Assembly: GCA_026770705.1 (NCBI GenBank)
Contig: JANJGN010000014.1
Location: forward strand, 90,954,001 to 91,018,000
Length of the DNA stretch: 64,000 bases
Direction of reading: 5' to 3'
Origin: Isurus oxyrinchus
Taxonomy: Eukaryota
Shown here: positions 13,200-26,662 of the stretch, in pieces
Layout of the letters: every line of letters begins with the position of its first letter
How positions within the stretch are numbered: position 1 is the first letter of the stretch
The notes under the pieces: generated by a model
Seen by the model: the letters and a program-made list of their open reading frames with translations, nothing else
Told to the model about the DNA's origin: nothing
Database searches by the model: none
Program-made: the position numbers and the translations under genes

Positions 13200-14180
13200 T
13201 GATCGTCGACCGGGTGGAGAGGAAGGTCTAGCTGTGAGTGGGACAGGAAGGTGTACTGGGGGAATAGGTGAGGGATGGCGTGTGGTTGGGAGGGGGGAGT
13301 GATGGTGGCAGGGGAGTGAGGTTGGGAGGAGAGGTGAGTGTACGGGGGTGGAGGGTGTAACGGGGGAGTATGTGGCAACTAGGAAGATATGATTAAGGGG
13401 GGAAGAAGGAATAAGGGAAGGAGTTCAGATGGGGGAAGGAGTGGGGGGGGGAGGAGTTTGGAGGGGGAAGGGCTTCAGGTGGAGCAAGGAATTTGGAGGG
13501 GCAGTGATGAGTCCGAGGGGAGGAAGGAGTTCAGGGGGGGAATAGTTCTCAGGGGAGAAGGAATCCAGGGGGAGGAATGAGTTCAGGGGAGGAAGGGAGA
13601 AAGGAATCCAGGAGCAGGAAGGAGTTGTGGGGGAGGAAGGAGTTCGCAGGGGAGAAGGAGTCCAGGGGGAGAAAGGAGTCCGGGAGGGGAGAAAGTAGTA
13701 AGTGTGGAGGAAGGAGGAAGGGTGGAGGAAGGGGTATAAGTGGGGAAAGAATAAGGGAGGGATGTCCAGGTGAATGTGCAAAGGAGGGGTCTGTGGAGTC
13801 AATGACTGCCTCCTGAGGAGCGAAATGAGGGTGGGGGCGGTAGGAGGGAATGGTGTGAATTAGAAAGGATAAAGTGAGCCGGTAGGGTAGGAGGGTGAGG
13901 GTGCGTGGGTAGTGGTAGAAAGATCGGTTAGGGTGGTTGTTAGGGTCTCAGAGGCAGACACAGACCCTGGAGTTGGGAAGGAGTTGTTCGCGGAGATTAA
14001 TTTGGATGGGGGTGGGATTCTCAAGAAGATAGGGAATGTACATGTTCATCCGGACATCCCGGAAAGAAAAAGGGTTCTAGCTGGTAGGTGACAGTGGGGG
14101 AGGTAGAAGGTGATGCAAGCGGGGTGAACAGTGATGGTGGATAGGACATGGGTGACTGGGGGAGGGGAAAGGATGGGGGA
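13200..14180 (+). repeat. Purine/G-rich low-complexity tract with degenerate ~18-bp units (GGGGAGGAAGGAGTTCA-like)
   Basis: Units visible at about 13510-13690; strong G/A strand skew. Confidence 0.7.
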
Positions 14181-14639
14181 GTTAAAGACAAACTTCACCA
14201 GTACCACCTTGCAAAATCGAAAGTGAAAGGAGCCTCATGTTGGGTGGGAACAGGTGATGCATGGGACTGCGATGAGTGGGTGGGCGGAGATATAGATCAG
14301 CTCAGATGGACAACTGAAAGAGAACCCGGCAGGCAGCATTGAAAATGCTCGGGACATTGAGATGTGTGTGATGGAAGAAGGATCCGTGTTCATAGGAGAG
14401 TTCTTCCACGAGGCTCCAAAAAGGCTCTGCCACAGACACTTCTCCCTTCAGAGTTACTCGTGCTGCGTGCTGCTGAACTGCTAGTGGTGAGGTGAGGGTG
14501 GGAGGGATGCAGGGAGAGGACTCGCTGAGTCTGTCAACGAAGCTGAAATACACTGTTACACATTATTCAGTGAAAGTGAACATATTTTCAGATTATAAAG
14601 TGACAAAACCTGTTCACCTATGTGACCACTTATGATCAG

Positions 14640-16358
14640 AAATTTTTAGCTTTTCTAGGTCCACCACTTCTTCTAGGTGCTGCCCTGATATCCGCAGAAG
14701 GGTTGGAGACAGACGCTGCAATGGATGGCCCTGTTGCCTCTGATGACTTCGATGTGGGTCCTCTGGAGAGCCAAGGTCTTGGGAGCCCCGGCTTGCTTTG
14801 GTTGTCCTCCTGTGGGCCAGCTTCCCACTCTGCGGTGACAGTGGACAAGATTGAAGGGGGTCACAGACAAAGGGGACTCAGAGGGAGAGGGCAGCCTCTG
14901 AGATTCTGGTTGGATGATCCAGGGGTGTCCAGCTGCTGCTCCTCCTCCTTTTGAGTGTCTTATGGCCCCGGCCTGACTCCTTGAGGGGAAGGAGCACCTG
15001 TAGGAACGTCAAGGTGCCTGTTTCCCCCTTGCATTGCCACTGCAGGAGCTCACCCATAGCTACCACGATGAAGTGCAGGTTTGCATGCATCTGCACATTC
15101 TGCTGGATCAGGTTCTCCCATGGCATCTGCCATTCTTCCCATGGAGAACTCCATACGCAGACATGTAGACACCGCTTCATCAGAGAGTAGGCGGACACAC
15201 TCCTTCGACTTGCATGTCACCCTAATGGGGGCTTCCAACAGCTCTGCATGATGTTCCCGCGCCATCTGCTGACTCTCCACGATGAGGCGGAAGGCCGAAT
15301 CCAGAGGCTCGTCATCTGACTTGGACCTCACAGATGCCTCTTCCCCAGCAGTCCTTCGAATGCAGGGCAGTTCAGCTGAACTTGCCTCGTCCTGCTGTGG
15401 ACATGTGTTCATGCACTAGCCACCAAATTGTGAACTCGAGCCTGCTCTAAATCTAGGTCCCACCGAGGTGTGTGTCTCTGTGCTGGTGGAGGGTGTGGCT
15501 AAGTGCTGTGATGGGTCTTCCAGGCTGCTTATTTCCAGCTCTTCATTGGGGGTGGTATCCTCTTGGCTAGACATGCGGACCTGGATGGAGCTGAGGCAAT
15601 GGCTGGCTGGGGGTGGTTGGTCGCTTGGCAGAGCTTCCTGTGAACCTGAGATGATTAGTGCATGACAGCAGAGTCAAAAGCAGAAGAGAGAGCACTCACT
15701 GTTGCATTGAGAGAGGGATGATGTGGTGCAGGACCCTCTCATGCGTGTTCGCCACCGACCTCACTGTTGCTGCTGGCATGGTTCGTGTCCTCGCCAGCCA
15801 GCATGGTCCTCAAAGTGAGTGAGAGGCCTAATGTGGGCCACTCCACCCCAGGTCTGGGACCTTCTCCTGCTGCTGTGAGTCAGCTGTTCCTGCATGTAAA
15901 TAGACGGAAAGAGTGTGAGGAGGGCACATGGCACAGGAGTGTTTGTGTGGTGAGCAGAACTAGGGACAGGATGAGGATGCGAGCTCCAGAGAATATGAGC
16001 CTGATGGAGATGTGAGGGTGTGTGTGAGAGTTAGTGGTGTTATCGCTTGAGGTGTGAGATCCCTGTGGATGTGTGATGGGTTTGTGAGCATGAATTGAGT
16101 ATGATGAGAAGAGTGACTTACTCCAGCAGAATGGAAGAGATCATTCTTCCTCTTCTTGCACTGAGTGGCTGTGCTCTTTTTCAGGGAGTTGGCACTGACC
16201 ACTTTTGCTTCCCATGCAGGATTGGTGGCATTGCTTGCTGGCCTTCACCCAGAGCGGAGATAGAGGACATCGCGGCGGGCCTCCACTGCATCCAGTAGGT
16301 GCTTGAGGGAGGCATCGCAAAATCTGGAGGCAGCATGTTTCCTTCCTTTGGCAGCCAT
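14640..16358 (-). pseudogene. Harbinger Myb/SANT-like DNA-binding gene, spliced and decayed
   Basis: Exon 16358-16122: MAAKGRKHAASRFCDASLKHLLDAVEARRDVLY..SANSLKKSTATQCKKRKNDL, then GTAAGT donor; downstream low-complexity/coiled-coil exons. Confidence 0.8.
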
Positions 16359-16681
16359 CAGTTCACAGCAGCTCCCTATCCCTTGAAGAGTGCAAGCTCT
16401 TTGCAGGGCGGTCTTTAAATATGGCGCCCGGTTTACTGAAGACCTGATGTGACAGGTGGCAGTCAAGTGGGAGGATGCTCTGCCAGCGACCTGGCATGTT
16501 TCCTGGGAATGCATGATTAATGAGGCGGGATTGGGATGATATGGCGTGAAAAGCCACCATTGCCACCAGCGGGTAAATCATCTTTTTTCCCACCCACTAC
16601 CGCACTTAGTGCAACTCTGGGATGATTCTGCTCATTGTTTCACGTTGTTGTTAAAAAATAAATAGTATATTTCATGGGAGG

Positions 16682-16953
16682 TGTAGTATAAAGGGTTAAC
16701 GGAAGGGATATGTTAACATATGATATAGATGATATTTCACTGACATAAGTTAGTCAAGCGTTAGACTCACTCTCTCTCTCCTTCTAGGGAGAGAGAGAGA
16801 GAGAGAGAGGTTGGAACACCATGCCCAGGAGACTCTGTAACCTGTTCAGATGTAGTAATAATAAACAAGTGTTAAACAAGTACCAGAGTATGACTGTAGT
16901 CTGTCCAGTAGCCAAGTATCATGCCTCAAGTCTATGGATAAGAAGGATCATCA
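16682..16953 (+). mobile_element. LTR-like repeat, same family as 5372-8641
   Basis: TGT...TCA, internal AATAAA, preceded by GGGAGG. Confidence 0.65.
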
Positions 16954-17859
16954 GAACACAGTCTCCCTAAATTGGTGGTTCCTAACCCAAATGCTGCTGC
17001 TGTCAGTTTTGGAGAAAAATTTGTTGTATTGCTAGTCTTTGCATGCGTGACACTGTAGTTTGTGCAGGGTGAATGAACCCTGGGACACCATTCCACCATC
17101 ATCAGTTTTCCTTCAGATGCCAGTTTCATTCGGTTCCACAACATGCTTCCTGGCCTCTAGTCCAGTGACCACAGAGCTGCAATGCTGGGGTCAGCTGGTG
17201 GCAGAAACAGAGAGTTAGGAACCCAGGGTACATCAGAACTCAATGTTACAGCCGGGATGGGCAAAGCGCGCAGTTGATCTAGCCCCACTACTCCACAGGT
17301 CAGAACATTATTTTGAAAGTTTAATTTACTCACCAAAATAGCCAATTGTTTACCTTCACTCCTGGTACCCAGAATAAAAAACAAGCAAGGGAGCTAGAAA
17401 TGAAGGCTTTGGGAACAAGGCAGAATGGGGCATGGGAGCTGGGAGGAGGAACCAGGACTAGAGAGATGGAGGCAACTGGGGAATGGGGGCTTGTGATCAG
17501 CTGTTACATTTTGGAATGTTACATGATCAAATTGCAAGAAAACTCCAATCAGAGTTAGCAACCCAGCTTCATAGAACTTGGAATCCAACTATGTAGATAA
17601 ATGATTGCAATTTAGGGAAGGTAGCCACCCACCAGAAGTCTATTTTCTATACTAACTGACATCTTTACAGGAAACGAGTGTTTGGAAGCCTCTGGAATCT
17701 GAGTTTGCAGCCCAGAAACACTCAAGGACCCTCCAGCATTACAGCAATACAAAAGAAAATGTGCTCTGTTGAAGAATACTGCAGATAATAATAGAATGCA
17801 TATTTCTGTGAGTAGTCCAAGAGCAAAAATAAGGCTAACAGAAACTTAATTCCATTCAG

Positions 17860-20800
17860 ATGGATAGAAATTCAACTATGTTGATTTCAGGGAACTTGGA
17901 CACACCAAATGGCAGTTCTTCAGACATTGGTGAATTTGACCACCCTTGCAATGCAAGGTCTCGGACTTCCAACAAAATTGGATCTCTGTCCAATTCCTTA
18001 TTTGCTTTGCACAAACAGGTGAAAAGTCCAAGAAATTCAGCACAAGCACAACTTCTTGTGGCACTGGAGCAAGTACAATGCTACCTGGTAATGAGAGACA
18101 ACTGAGTGCATCTGCATTTGCAATATGCAAGCCAGGACGGTGCATAAAGATATAATCATACGCTGATAATATCAAAGACCAATGTTGAATTCTTGCTGAT
18201 GCTATTGGTGGAATGGCCTTATCCTCACTGAATAAACCCATTAATGGTTTATGGTTTTACACAATGGTGAAATGTTGTCCATGCAGATACTGGTGGAATT
18301 TCCTCACTCCAAATATTACTGATAAACCTTCCTTTTCTAGTTGAGAATAACCCTCCTTGGCTGCAGAGAGGGTTCTGGAGACATAGCAGATTAGCCTTTC
18401 TGAACCATTTTCCATTCGATATGATAACACAGTTCCCACACCATAAGGAGACGCATCACATGTTAATATTAATTCTTTTGACGGGTCGTAATGCACCATG
18501 AGTAATAGCTCTTTAACTTTCACAAAGGCTTCTTCTTATTGCGAATTCCATGACCAACAATGATTATTTCTTAACAAGTATAATGGTGCTAACACCGTTG
18601 ACAAGTTTGGCAAAAAGCAGCTGCAATAATTGATCATGCCCAAAAAAGACTTGAGTTCAGTTACACTGGACAGAGAGGGCACCTCTTAGATTGCCCTAAC
18701 TTTCTCTTCAACTGGATGCAACCCCATGGCATCCACCTGGTGACCCAGGTACATAATTTCTGGTGATTGGAATGTACGTTTCTCTTTCTTTAATCATACA
18801 CCGGATTCCAAGAACCTTCTTAACATCTCTTCCAGGTTGGCCAAATGTTCGGCGACAGTTGACCCTGTGATCAGAACATAATCTAGGTATGCTACTACTC
18901 GGAGAAGTCCTTGCAAAAGACTCTCCATTGTCCTTTGGAAGATTACGCATACAGACAATACTCCAAAGGATGGGTGGGTATATTGATACAAACCCTTGCA
19001 CGTGATGATGGCTCCATAATCTCTAGACGTGCTATCCAGCTCTAACTGTTGGTATGCATGGGTCATGTCCAGTTTGGTTTAGGATTTGCCTCCAGTTAGC
19101 TTTGTGTATAAGTCATCTATCCTCAGGATAGGATATCTAGTTTAGCTGCCTTGTTCATGGTCAATTTATAGTCCTCGCAAATGTGTAGAGTTTGATCAGG
19201 TTTCACCACAGGGACCGTGGACGTTGTCCATTCCAAAAGCTGGACTGGTTGGATGATGCCTAGCTTTTCTAAGTGGCACAATTCTGCATCCACCACCTCC
19301 TTTAGGGCATAAGGCACAGGTCTGGCCTTAAGGAAACGGGATATCGCCTGAGAATCTACATATATTTTTGTTTGCAAGTCTTTTAATTTTCCTAATTCAT
19401 CATGAAATACATTGTTGTATTTCCTTAGCAGTTCAGGAATTTCTCCTGTTCTCATGTGAAATATTTCAGAACAGTTGAGCTTAATTTTTTGTAACCAGTC
19501 TTAGCCCAGAAGACTAGGTCCTTCACCTGTCACTATAATCACTGGAAGCTGGACTGTCTGTTGCCTAAAGGACACAGGTACTGTGGCAATGCTCTTTACC
19601 TGTATGGAATCTCCAGTGTATGTCTTCAACTGAGCCGTTGTTCATTCCGGATTCAGTGACAGGTACCCTCATTTAGGTATTTAAATGTGTGCTCTCCCAC
19701 TACTGTAGCTGAGGCTCCCGTATCTACCTCTATTACTAGTGGCTTCCCATTCACTTGAATTGTGACGTTTATAGGTTTAGTTTTTACTGCTTTGACATTG
19801 TACAGGGAATAGATATCAGTATCAGCAGCTTCAGGTTCTGATATATTATTCACTTAAATCATTTTGATCTGCTGCCTTAAGGACTGTCTCGATTTCGGCC
19901 TGCATTGCTTTATTACGTGACCTTTCTTATGGCAGAAATGGCATTCTGCCTCCTTGAATCTGCAGGTTTCCGGTACGAAGTTACCACCACATCTATAACA
20001 GATTAACCTTGGAGTCACTGCTGAAATGTTTCTACTAGTTCTTTTCATTTTTCTAGCAGCAGAGATTGTCTCTCGCTTCGCTGCTGTGTTTCTGGCTTTT
20101 GTGCCAGACCCAGTGGTAGATTCCCACCCCACCTGAAGAATAGCGCCATGTTGCACATTCTGTAAAGCCTGCAAGTCACTTGCAGCATTTCCATGGCTAG
20201 TAATGTTTCCATGGCGCGCTTCAAATCGATGTTGACTTCTGCGAGTAAATAGCGCTGAATGGCGTCGTTGTGAACTCCACAAACGAATCGGTCCCATATC
20301 ATATCATTGAGTGTGTCTCTGAAGTCGCAGTGCTCAGTCAACTGCTTCAACTTCACTTTATAGGTTGCGATGGACTCTCCTGGAGCCCTTACTCTGCAGT
20401 TAAACTTAGATCTCTGCGAAGTTGGCTCCGACTGAAAATGTGTCTTCACGAGGTCTACTTATTCATTAAAAGATTTAGAATTCAAGGCCATCAGACTGCA
20501 GATGAGATGGTATGTCTTGCTACCACATACACTCAAAAGGATTGCTTTTTGCTTCTCCTCTGCAGTTATTTCATTCGCCACAAAATAAAAACCAAGGCGT
20601 TCTACACACTGGCTTCAGTCTTCCATAGACACATCATAAGGGTTGATTCTGTCTAAGAGTGATTCTGCTGAAGGCATGACTGGTTAGTATACTTGTCTTT
20701 TTTATCTTAAGAACTGATGTATTCACGTTCACAAAATGAGGTGCAGTGCCAGCGCTATTTTACCCTCGTCGCCAAATGTAATGACTTGAAGTACTGGACA

Positions 20801-20985
20801 AGTTTCTACTTGAAACAGATAACTTTATTACAGAGAGCTTTTCAGAAGCTACATGCTTGAACCAGGTTCTTGACCAGAAAACCACGCCCTCCGGATTACC
20901 CGTGCTTAGGGCTCATTTGTCAGAGTCTCCAAGAACAATCACGTGACCCCTAATAGGCAGTAGGAAAGGCTAGACCTTCAATCAC
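17860..20985 (-). mobile_element. Gypsy LTR retrotransposon (Mag-type), 3'-truncated and decayed
   Basis: Gag (FNCRVRAPGESIATY..DRFVCG), double Cys/His knuckle (CYRCGG..CHFCHKKGH..C), protease VDTGASATV, RT YLD(Y)VLITG, RNase H CDASPYGVG..YSQLEKE..ADALS. 5' LTR from 20777; its outer end is approximate. Confidence 0.9.
20762..20774 (-). promoter_or_regulatory. Primer-binding site, tRNA-Ser(GCU)-like
   Basis: Minus strand reads ..TACA TT TGGCGACGAGGGT, directly inside the LTR end. Confidence 0.75.
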
Positions 20986-21335
20986 TGTATTCTCCTTCCC
21001 CCATTTTGTGTTGCTTTGTCCTTTCCTTTTGCAGTTGTTTTTCTTTATCCTTAGTTTGTGTTTCTCTCTCCTTCCATTCTAGTTTGTTTCTGTCTCCCTC
21101 TGCTTTGTTTACTCTCTCAGGACTCATGGAGTTTCCAGACAATTTTTATTCATACCACCATCCTCACAACCAGCAATTAAGTGGTGTGTTCAGGTAGGGA
21201 TAGGACATTGCAATTTAGCTTCAAACTGCAATAACCAGTGTTCTGCATGTGCACGAGCCATGCCTATAGGGGATACCTTCTCCTAAGTCATCAGCAGCAG
21301 TTAGGAGACCAATCATCAATTTCATTAGATTCTAG

Positions 21336-22563
21336 GGGCAGGATTTTCTCCATGGACTTCAGCACTCCGCCGGCAGGCTCAAATAGTGTCAAAAGCCCAC
21401 ATTACGTGGGGAACAGTAACTCATCTGTGATTTTCCCCGAATTGGCCAATTAGTGGCCAGGGGCTGGGCTTGCCGTCCAATTATGGATGGCAAAGGTGAA
21501 TTCAAAAGCTGGAGGGCCGACAGGTGGCCATCCAGCACTGAAGAAGCAGATGTGGGTCTTTCAAGTTAACTAAGAGAGAGGGCGCCTAAAAATGGAGGTG
21601 CCCTCTCTGCAACCCTTTAAAATTTAAAATAAAAAACCTTTACAGCAGGCTACTATTGTGGATAGGAAAGCCCTGCACAGAGCAACCTGCAGTTGCAGCT
21701 GAAGCCAGGTAGACAGGGAGGGTTTCTAAGGTTTCCTGCCTGCAGCCCTGCACCACACCCTTCCCCTTCAGTCTGCCTTGAACAATAGGCCTTAATAAAC
21801 CATTAATAAGCTTTATCAAGCCAGAAATTGGCTACCCACCGTTTGCAGATGGCTCGCTCTACCACACCCATCCCGCCTCAGGAAAATGGCTCCGGGGTGG
21901 GTTGGAGCCAAGAAGCTGAATTTTGCCTTCGTCGGGCAGGCATGGCTGGCAGGCCTGAGAGCTGTCGCGAAACCAATCGCCACCTGCGGTCGGGCCCCAG
22001 CCGTGATTTCGCGCTGGCTGGCCAATTAATGGATGAGCGCGAACACAGAAGTTTGCGCATGCGCACAGCTGCGCGCACTGAAAGCTCCCTGAAGGCACAG
22101 AGCTGCCTCAAGGAGCTGAAGATTTAGAAGAGTGCAAATAAGAATTTAAAGAATAAGGTGAACTCTGTCACATGAGCAGGGACATGTTGTAAATGAGATT
22201 TAAACATTTTTATTTTATTTTCAGTTCCTGTTGGAAACCTCATCCTGCCCGTGGTTGAGGTTTCATAAAAAATCCAAAGGCCGCTTGGCCTTTTCACTTG
22301 CCCGCCAACTGAATGGCTGGGCATGTAGCGAAAAATCCAATTTAATTAATTGATTAAGGGCCTTAGTAGGTCTCTTAATTGTCGGCAGGCGCGCTGCTAC
22401 CTCTCATGCATGCCCGCCGCGTGAAATATCACGAGAGTGTGCGATGACGTTGGGATGATGACGTCGTGCACTATTTTACTCCCGATCAGGTCAGGCGTGC
22501 GCCAACCCGATGAGAGAAAATTCTGTCCAAGGAATTGACACACCAGCAGTGGGGCAAAATTCC
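21336..22563. mobile_element. Harbinger-type MITE containing a nested MITE (21913-22528)
   Basis: Outer start GGGCAGGATTTTC. Inner element AAGCTGAATTTT...AAAATTCTGTCC with AAG/AAG 3-bp TSD and the AAACCTCATCC..GAGGTTTC palindrome. Confidence 0.68.
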
Positions 22564-22864
22564 ATGTGCATCTCCTCCATGACCACCCAAATTAAAAGAA
22601 AACTCCCGCCAAAGGAGGGAGGGTTAGGAACCTTATTAATTCTGGAAATGAGTTCTTTCTGCCATGTAAAGATGAAAATCTGGATCTGTTTCATGATTCT
22701 GCACTTTTGACTTTTGTCCCATTCATATATGTGAAATGCAGGTATTCATCAAGTCAAAGGGGAGGATAGAGGAGTTAATATTTAAATAATGCTCAACTTT
22801 GAAGCTTGGATTGTATTCATGCTAGAAGCTTCAAGTTGCCTCTTATAGTCAAGTTTACACGAGG

Positions 22865-24762
22865 ATGGTCTGATGGCTCTCCGCTTCTTCCTCGAACAGA
22901 GGCCCGAGCAATCCCCATCCACCACTACTCTCCTCCGTCTGGCTGAACTTGTTCTCACACTGAACAATTTCTCTTTTAACTCCTCTCACTTCCTCCAAAT
23001 AAAAGGTGTGGCTATGGGTAGCCGCATGGGCCCCAGCTATGCCTGTCTCTTTATGGGGTATGTGGAACCTTCCTTGTTCTAGTCTTACTCCGGCCCCCTC
23101 CCACAACTCTTTCTCCAGTATATCGATGATTACTTCAGTGCTGCTTCATGCTCTCGTCGGGACCTGGAAAAATTTATTAATTTTCCTTCCAATCTCCAGC
23201 CCTCCATCATTTTCAAATGGTCCATCTCTGACACTTCCCTTCCCTTTCTTGACCTCTCTGTCTCAATTTCTGGTGATAGACTGTCCACCAATATCCATTA
23301 CAAGCCTACCAACTCCCACTGCTACCTTGACTACAGCTCCACACACCACGCTTCCTGTAAGGACTCCATCCCATTCTCTCAGTTCCTTCGCCTCCATCGC
23401 ATTTGTTCTGATGATGCCACTTTCAAAAACAGTTCCTCTGACATGTCCTTCTTCTTCCTTAACCGAAGTTTTTCACCCATGGTGGTTGACAGGGCCCTCA
23501 ACTGTGTCCGGCCCATCTCCCGCGCATCTGCCCTCACGCCTTCTCCTCCCTCCCAGAAATATGATAGGGTCCCCCTTGTCCTCACTTATCACCCCATCAG
23601 CCTCCGCATTCAAAGGATCGTCTTCCGCCATTTCCGCCAATTCCAGCATGATGCCACCACCAAACACATCTTCCCTTCAACCCCCCGGCGGCATTCCGTA
23701 GGGATCGTTCCCTCCGTGACACCCTGGTCCACTCCTCCATCACCCCCTATTCCTCAAACCCCTCCCACGGCACCTTCCCATGCAATCGCAGAAGATGCAA
23801 CACCTGCCCCTTAACTTCCTCTCTCCTCACCGTCCAAGGGCCCAAACACTCCTTTTCAAGTGAAGCAGCATTTCACTTGTACTTCCCTCAACTTAGTCAA
23901 CTGCATTCGTTGCTCCCAATGCGGTTTCCTCTACACTGGAGAGACCAAACGCAGACTGGGTGACCGCTTTGCAGAACACCTTTGGTCTGTTCGCAAGCAT
24001 GACGCAGACCTCCCTGTCGCTTGCCTTTTCAACACTCCACCTTGCTCTCATGCCCCACATGTCTGTCCTTGGCTTGCTGCATTGTTCCAGTGAAGCCCAA
24101 CGCAAACTGGAGGAACAGCACCTTCCGACTAGGCACTTTACAGCCTTCCGGATTGAATATTGAGTTCAACAATTTTAGATCATGAACTCTCTCCTCCATC
24201 CCCAACCCCTTTCCGTTTCTTCCCCCTCCTTTTTGTTTTTTCCAATAATTTATATAGATTTTTCTTTTCCCACCTATTTCCATTATTTTTAAATGTATTT
24301 CCACCATTGTTAATCTCTACCTTTTAGCCCTTTTAGTATTCTTTCACCCCACCACCACTAGAGCCATCTGTACCTTGTCTGTCCTGCCTTCTACTCTTAA
24401 TTAGCACATTCCTTTAGATAATATTAACACCTTCAACACCTCATTTGTCTTTTTGTCTGTGACATCTTTTGCTTATTTCCACCTATTACTGGCTGCTTGT
24501 CGCAACAACCCCCTCCACCGCACCCCCCACCCCCCCCCCCCCCACCCCCCCACCCCCGCCCCCCCCCTTCACCCGGCAGCTTAAACCAGCTTATATATCA
24601 TCCCTTTCTTATTTTTACTTAGTTCTGTTGAAGGTTCATAAGGACTCGAAACGTCAACTGTGCTCTTCTCCGCCGATGCTGCCAGACCTGCTGAATTTTT
24701 CCAGGTATTTCTGTTTCTGTTTTTGTTTTGGATTTCCAGCATCCGCAGTTCTTTGCTTTTAT
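22865..24762 (+). mobile_element. Penelope-like element, 5'-truncated (RT core to 3' repeat)
   Basis: KGVAMGSRMGPSYACLFMG, YIDD (TATATCGATGAT), GIY-YIG remnant, hammerhead-like motif at 24621-24659. Confidence 0.92.
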
Positions 24763-25210
24763 CTATTGCACAAGAGGTGCTTCAGTTTTTGTACAGCTTC
24801 TTGTAAAACCTTTCATTTTGATTCAAACATTGCACATATTGATTTGGAGTGCAGTAAATGTTTTGTATCACAGCAATGTGATACCTTAGCATTCCCACTG
24901 CATTCCAAGCATCTCTTCCATTTTCCTTAGATAGTTTTCTTCTAGTGCCCTCTGATTGATCCTACATTAGTATGAGAGTTTTATAGCAGTTTGTTTATCT
25001 AGAAAACTGGAGGGATATGAAACAAATTTAAGAAAAGCCAAATTTAATAGAGAGTAGGAATTAAGCCCAGTAGGACCAAGGGCAATGAAGGTTGTTTTAC
25101 TCTACCTTCAAATGTCTCCATGAAAAAAGTTAAGTGTTATTGATTTACTGCACTTACAGGCTAAACTATAGCTCCACTTGAATGTCCGTTACCAATGCAA
25201 TCACTGCAGG

Positions 25211-25554
25211 TCGATAATGTCACTGGATTAGTAATCTAGAGGCCCAGGATAATGGTCTGGGAACATGGATTCAGATCCCACCACAGCAGCTGCTAGAATT
25301 TAAATTCAAGTAATAAATCTGGGTTATAAAGCTGATCTCAGTAATAGTGACCATGACACTATCATTGTTTGTCGTAAAAACCCCTCTGGTTCAGTAATGT
25401 CCTTCAGGGAAGGAAATCTGCCATCCTGATCAGGTCTGGCCTACATGTGACTCCAGATACACAGCAATGCAGTTGACTTTTAACTGCCCTCTGAAATGGC
25501 AAAGCAAGCCAAGCAATGGCAGTTAGGGAGGGGCAGCATTAAAGAATAAAAAAA
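25211..25554 (+). mobile_element. tRNA-derived SINE
   Basis: Collinear with the SINE at 9671-10301. Confidence 0.75.
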
Positions 25555-25599
25555 TGTCAGCAAGATGGCAAACAAAGTATCCCATTTGTGATGGGATAG

Positions 25600-25862
25600 T
25601 CACAAATAAATTCAACAGGAATTCAGGAGAAACTTCTTTATCCAAAAACTGGTTAGAATCTGAAATGGGCTACCAGAAGGGGTGGTTGAAATGAATGGCA
25701 TTGATGCACTTAAAGAAAAGCTCAATAAGTATGTGAGGGAGAAAGTAATAGAGGAATATGTTGACGGGGGTAGATGAAGAGGGGTGGAAGGATGCTTGCA
25801 TGCAGCATAAATGTGAGCAATGACCAGTTGGGTCAAATGGCCTGTTTCTGTGCTGTAGATTT
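25600..25862 (+). mobile_element. CR1 3' end fragment
   Basis: CR1-type ORF2 tail and 3'UTR ending GGCCTGTTTCTGTGCTGTA. Confidence 0.65.
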
Positions 25863-26662
25863 AATTTAACCATGAATATTAATATGGATATATACAAGGC
25901 AGTGCATAGGGGAATAGGAAACCTGAGTCACAGAAATAGAAGCCCATTAGCATACATTAAAAGGGAAAATTTTAATTATTGAATACCCACTGAAATATCT
26001 AGTCAATATGTAGCTGTCGACAATCTGGCCAACAAAATTCTGAGATGCATCTTGAATGTTCTTGGTTACAGGACCAAACAATTCAATCCTGTTTGACCCA
26101 TTGCTCAGATTATACAGGCCATGGTATACCAGTCTGTGAGGAATACTGTTTTGCTCCCAAGTAGCTTAATATGTATTTTGGTGCATTATATGCATGTAAT
26201 TTCATATTAAGAAATCACATCAGTCTCCAGACATTACCAATTTGACACATTTTCAAGGACGTTTAAACCCTTGCAACTTTCAACAAATTTTCTGTCGCTA
26301 ACAGCATACAAACTGCCAAAAAGCCTAAATGCATAGCTGAAACTTCTCACCTTAAGCCAGATAGTCAGATAAAACAGACTTCAGCACATTCTAGTAACAT
26401 TCCAATGTACTGATATCATTTTACAGAGGCAGTTGCTAGACAACAGTAGAATGCCATTTAATATTTGTCATCCTTTTTGTTTTTTTTGTTTCCCTCTATA
26501 GTTTCTCTTTACCACACATCTCCTCTGCATGAGGGATCAGGCTATAAATCTCAAAAGTCTCCCAATCTTGAATGCTGGAAGGTGAGAGTACCACCTTAGA
26601 AACTGCCTGTTCTTCCCATATTTCTGCTCCCCAGCTTCACCATGGCTGGTGCTGGGAACGTC

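Larger units (their letters stand above)
12710..16633 (-). mobile_element. PIF/Harbinger element retaining a Myb/SANT-like gene, no recognisable transposase
   Basis: TIRs GGGTGGAATTTTC / GATGATTCTGCTC, flanks ATA/ATT. Termini are homologous to the element at 38187-41432. Confidence 0.8.

Noticed and set aside
5372-16953. One full LTR element bounded by the two short LTR copies
   Set aside because: No shared TSD, no PBS, and the two copies are quite diverged; not supportable as a feature.
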